A stretch of 64,000 nucleotides of DNA from assembly GCA_015233405.1 (NCBI GenBank), contig JADFXT010000001.1, positions 233,386 through 297,385 of the forward strand, given 5' to 3'. A program made the translations under genes and the position numbers. This DNA is from Candidatus Omnitrophota bacterium (GTDB lineage Bacteria; Omnitrophota; Gorgyraeia; Zapsychrales; Zapsychraceae). Positions 63,375 to 64,000 of the stretch are shown one piece after another (positions within the stretch are counted from its first letter, which is position 1; every line of letters begins with the position of its first letter). Under the pieces are notes generated by a model that saw only the letters and a list, made by a program, of their open reading frames with translations, did not search any database and was not told where the DNA came from.

Positions 63375-64000
63375 ATGAAAAAGAAAATCCTGATCGCCAT
63401 TCCGGCTTATAATGAAGAGTTCAATATCGTTAAGACGATCGATGATGTTGCCTCGTCCGGCGTGGAGGCGGATATTCTTGTCATTAATGACGGGTCTCAG
63501 GACCAGACGGCGAAAGCGGCGGTCGCTAAAGGGGTTTTGGTCGTGAGTTTGCCATATAATTTGGGGATCGGCGGGGCGGTGCAGACAGGTTTTTGTTATG
63601 CATTTAGGAATCAATATGATATTGTTGTTCAGGTCGACGGAGATTATCAACATGATGCGGCTTATTTAAAAGATTTGCTCGCGCCGGTTCACAATGATGA
63701 AGCGGACATGACCATCGGCAGCCGATTCTTGCCGCCATTTTTAGGATATCAATCGTCGTTCTTCCGCCGGATCGGCATTAATTTTTTCGCGACGCTCATT
63801 AGCGTCTTAACCGGGCAGACCGTCACCGACCCGACTTCGGGATTCCGCGCGTTTAATCGAAAGCTGATCAAAGTTTTTGCCCGATATTATCCGCATGATT
63901 TTCCGGAGCCGGAAGCCATCATGGAGGCGAAACGATATCAGGCTCGGATCAAAGAAGTTCCTGTTCAAATGAGAGAGCGGCTGTCGGGGCACAGTTCTAT
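63375..64000 (+). CDS. Family 2 glycosyltransferase (DPM1-like), 3' end outside window
   Basis: Not in the ORF track because it lacks a stop within the window. My translation from ATG 63375: MKKKILIAIPAYNEE..ILVINDGSQD..VQVDGDYQHD..DPTSGFRAFNRK. Confidence 0.85.
   Translation, partial: MKKKILIAIPAYNEEFNIVKTIDDVASSGVEADILVINDGSQDQTAKAAVAKGVLVVSLPYNLGIGGAVQTGFCYAFRNQYDIVVQVDGDYQHDAAYLKDLLAPVHNDEADMTIGSRFLPPFLGYQSSFFRRIGINFFATLISVLTGQTVTDPTSGFRAFNRKLIKVFARYYPHDFPEPEAIMEAKRYQARIKEVPVQMRERLSGHSS

Overview
One contiguous bacterial chromosomal segment, coded almost entirely on the + strand.

**1-15.5 kb: division/cell-wall (dcw) cluster.** Gene order is rsmH-ftsL-ftsI-murE-murF-mraY-murD-ftsW-murG-(MA-type metallopeptidase)-murC-ddl-ftsQ-ftsA. 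murB and ftsZ are absent from their usual slots.

**15.5-21.7 kb.** A small membrane protein, a CheY-like receiver, a U32 peptidase, a class II (B12) ribonucleotide reductase and a PAS/HD-GYP protein.

**22-50 kb: the unusual part.** Two paralogous giant ORFs (2358 and 2618 aa) share an N-terminal signal/anchor, a ~320-aa N-domain and a ~75-aa C-terminal module. Their internal modules differ completely:
- ORF1 carries a plant/trypanosomatid-type UDP-sugar pyrophosphorylase and a phosphohexomutase.
- ORF2 carries a GalE-type UDP-glucose 4-epimerase, a URO-D-like barrel and an HPr-like domain.
- Every module boundary in both ORFs carries the same short peptide, D-K-A-M-T-T or a close variant (12 sites).
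- Between the giants lie a Cys-rich secreted protein, a CBS protein, an EndoQ-like/UvrD-like/Pif1-like trio, three TMTC/PMT-like GT-C+TPR membrane proteins and a polytopic membrane protein.

**50-64 kb.** Two small secreted coiled-coil paralogs, xseA-xseB, a TIM-barrel isomerase, tRNA-Arg(TCG), gcvT-gcvH-gcvPA-gcvPB-lplA-like, a B12-binding radical SAM protein, an EF-hand protein, an S41 peptidase, and a GT2 gene that runs off the right edge and is missing from the ORF track.

**Repeat families.** Two are superimposed on the window.
- A MITE/REP-like palindromic element (GTCATTCCCGCGAAGGCGGGAATCCAG and variants) occurs at 11 loci. One copy is in frame inside giant ORF2, and one supplies the 3' end of xseA.
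- A 37-nt hairpin unit with compensatory stem changes lies upstream of giant ORF2 and, as a tandem array, upstream of gcvPB.

**Limits.** All protein calls rest on motifs recognised by eye and on gene order. No searches or statistics were run. Taxonomy cannot be established from this window; the gene content is reminiscent of uncultivated PVC-related lineages, but that is only an impression.
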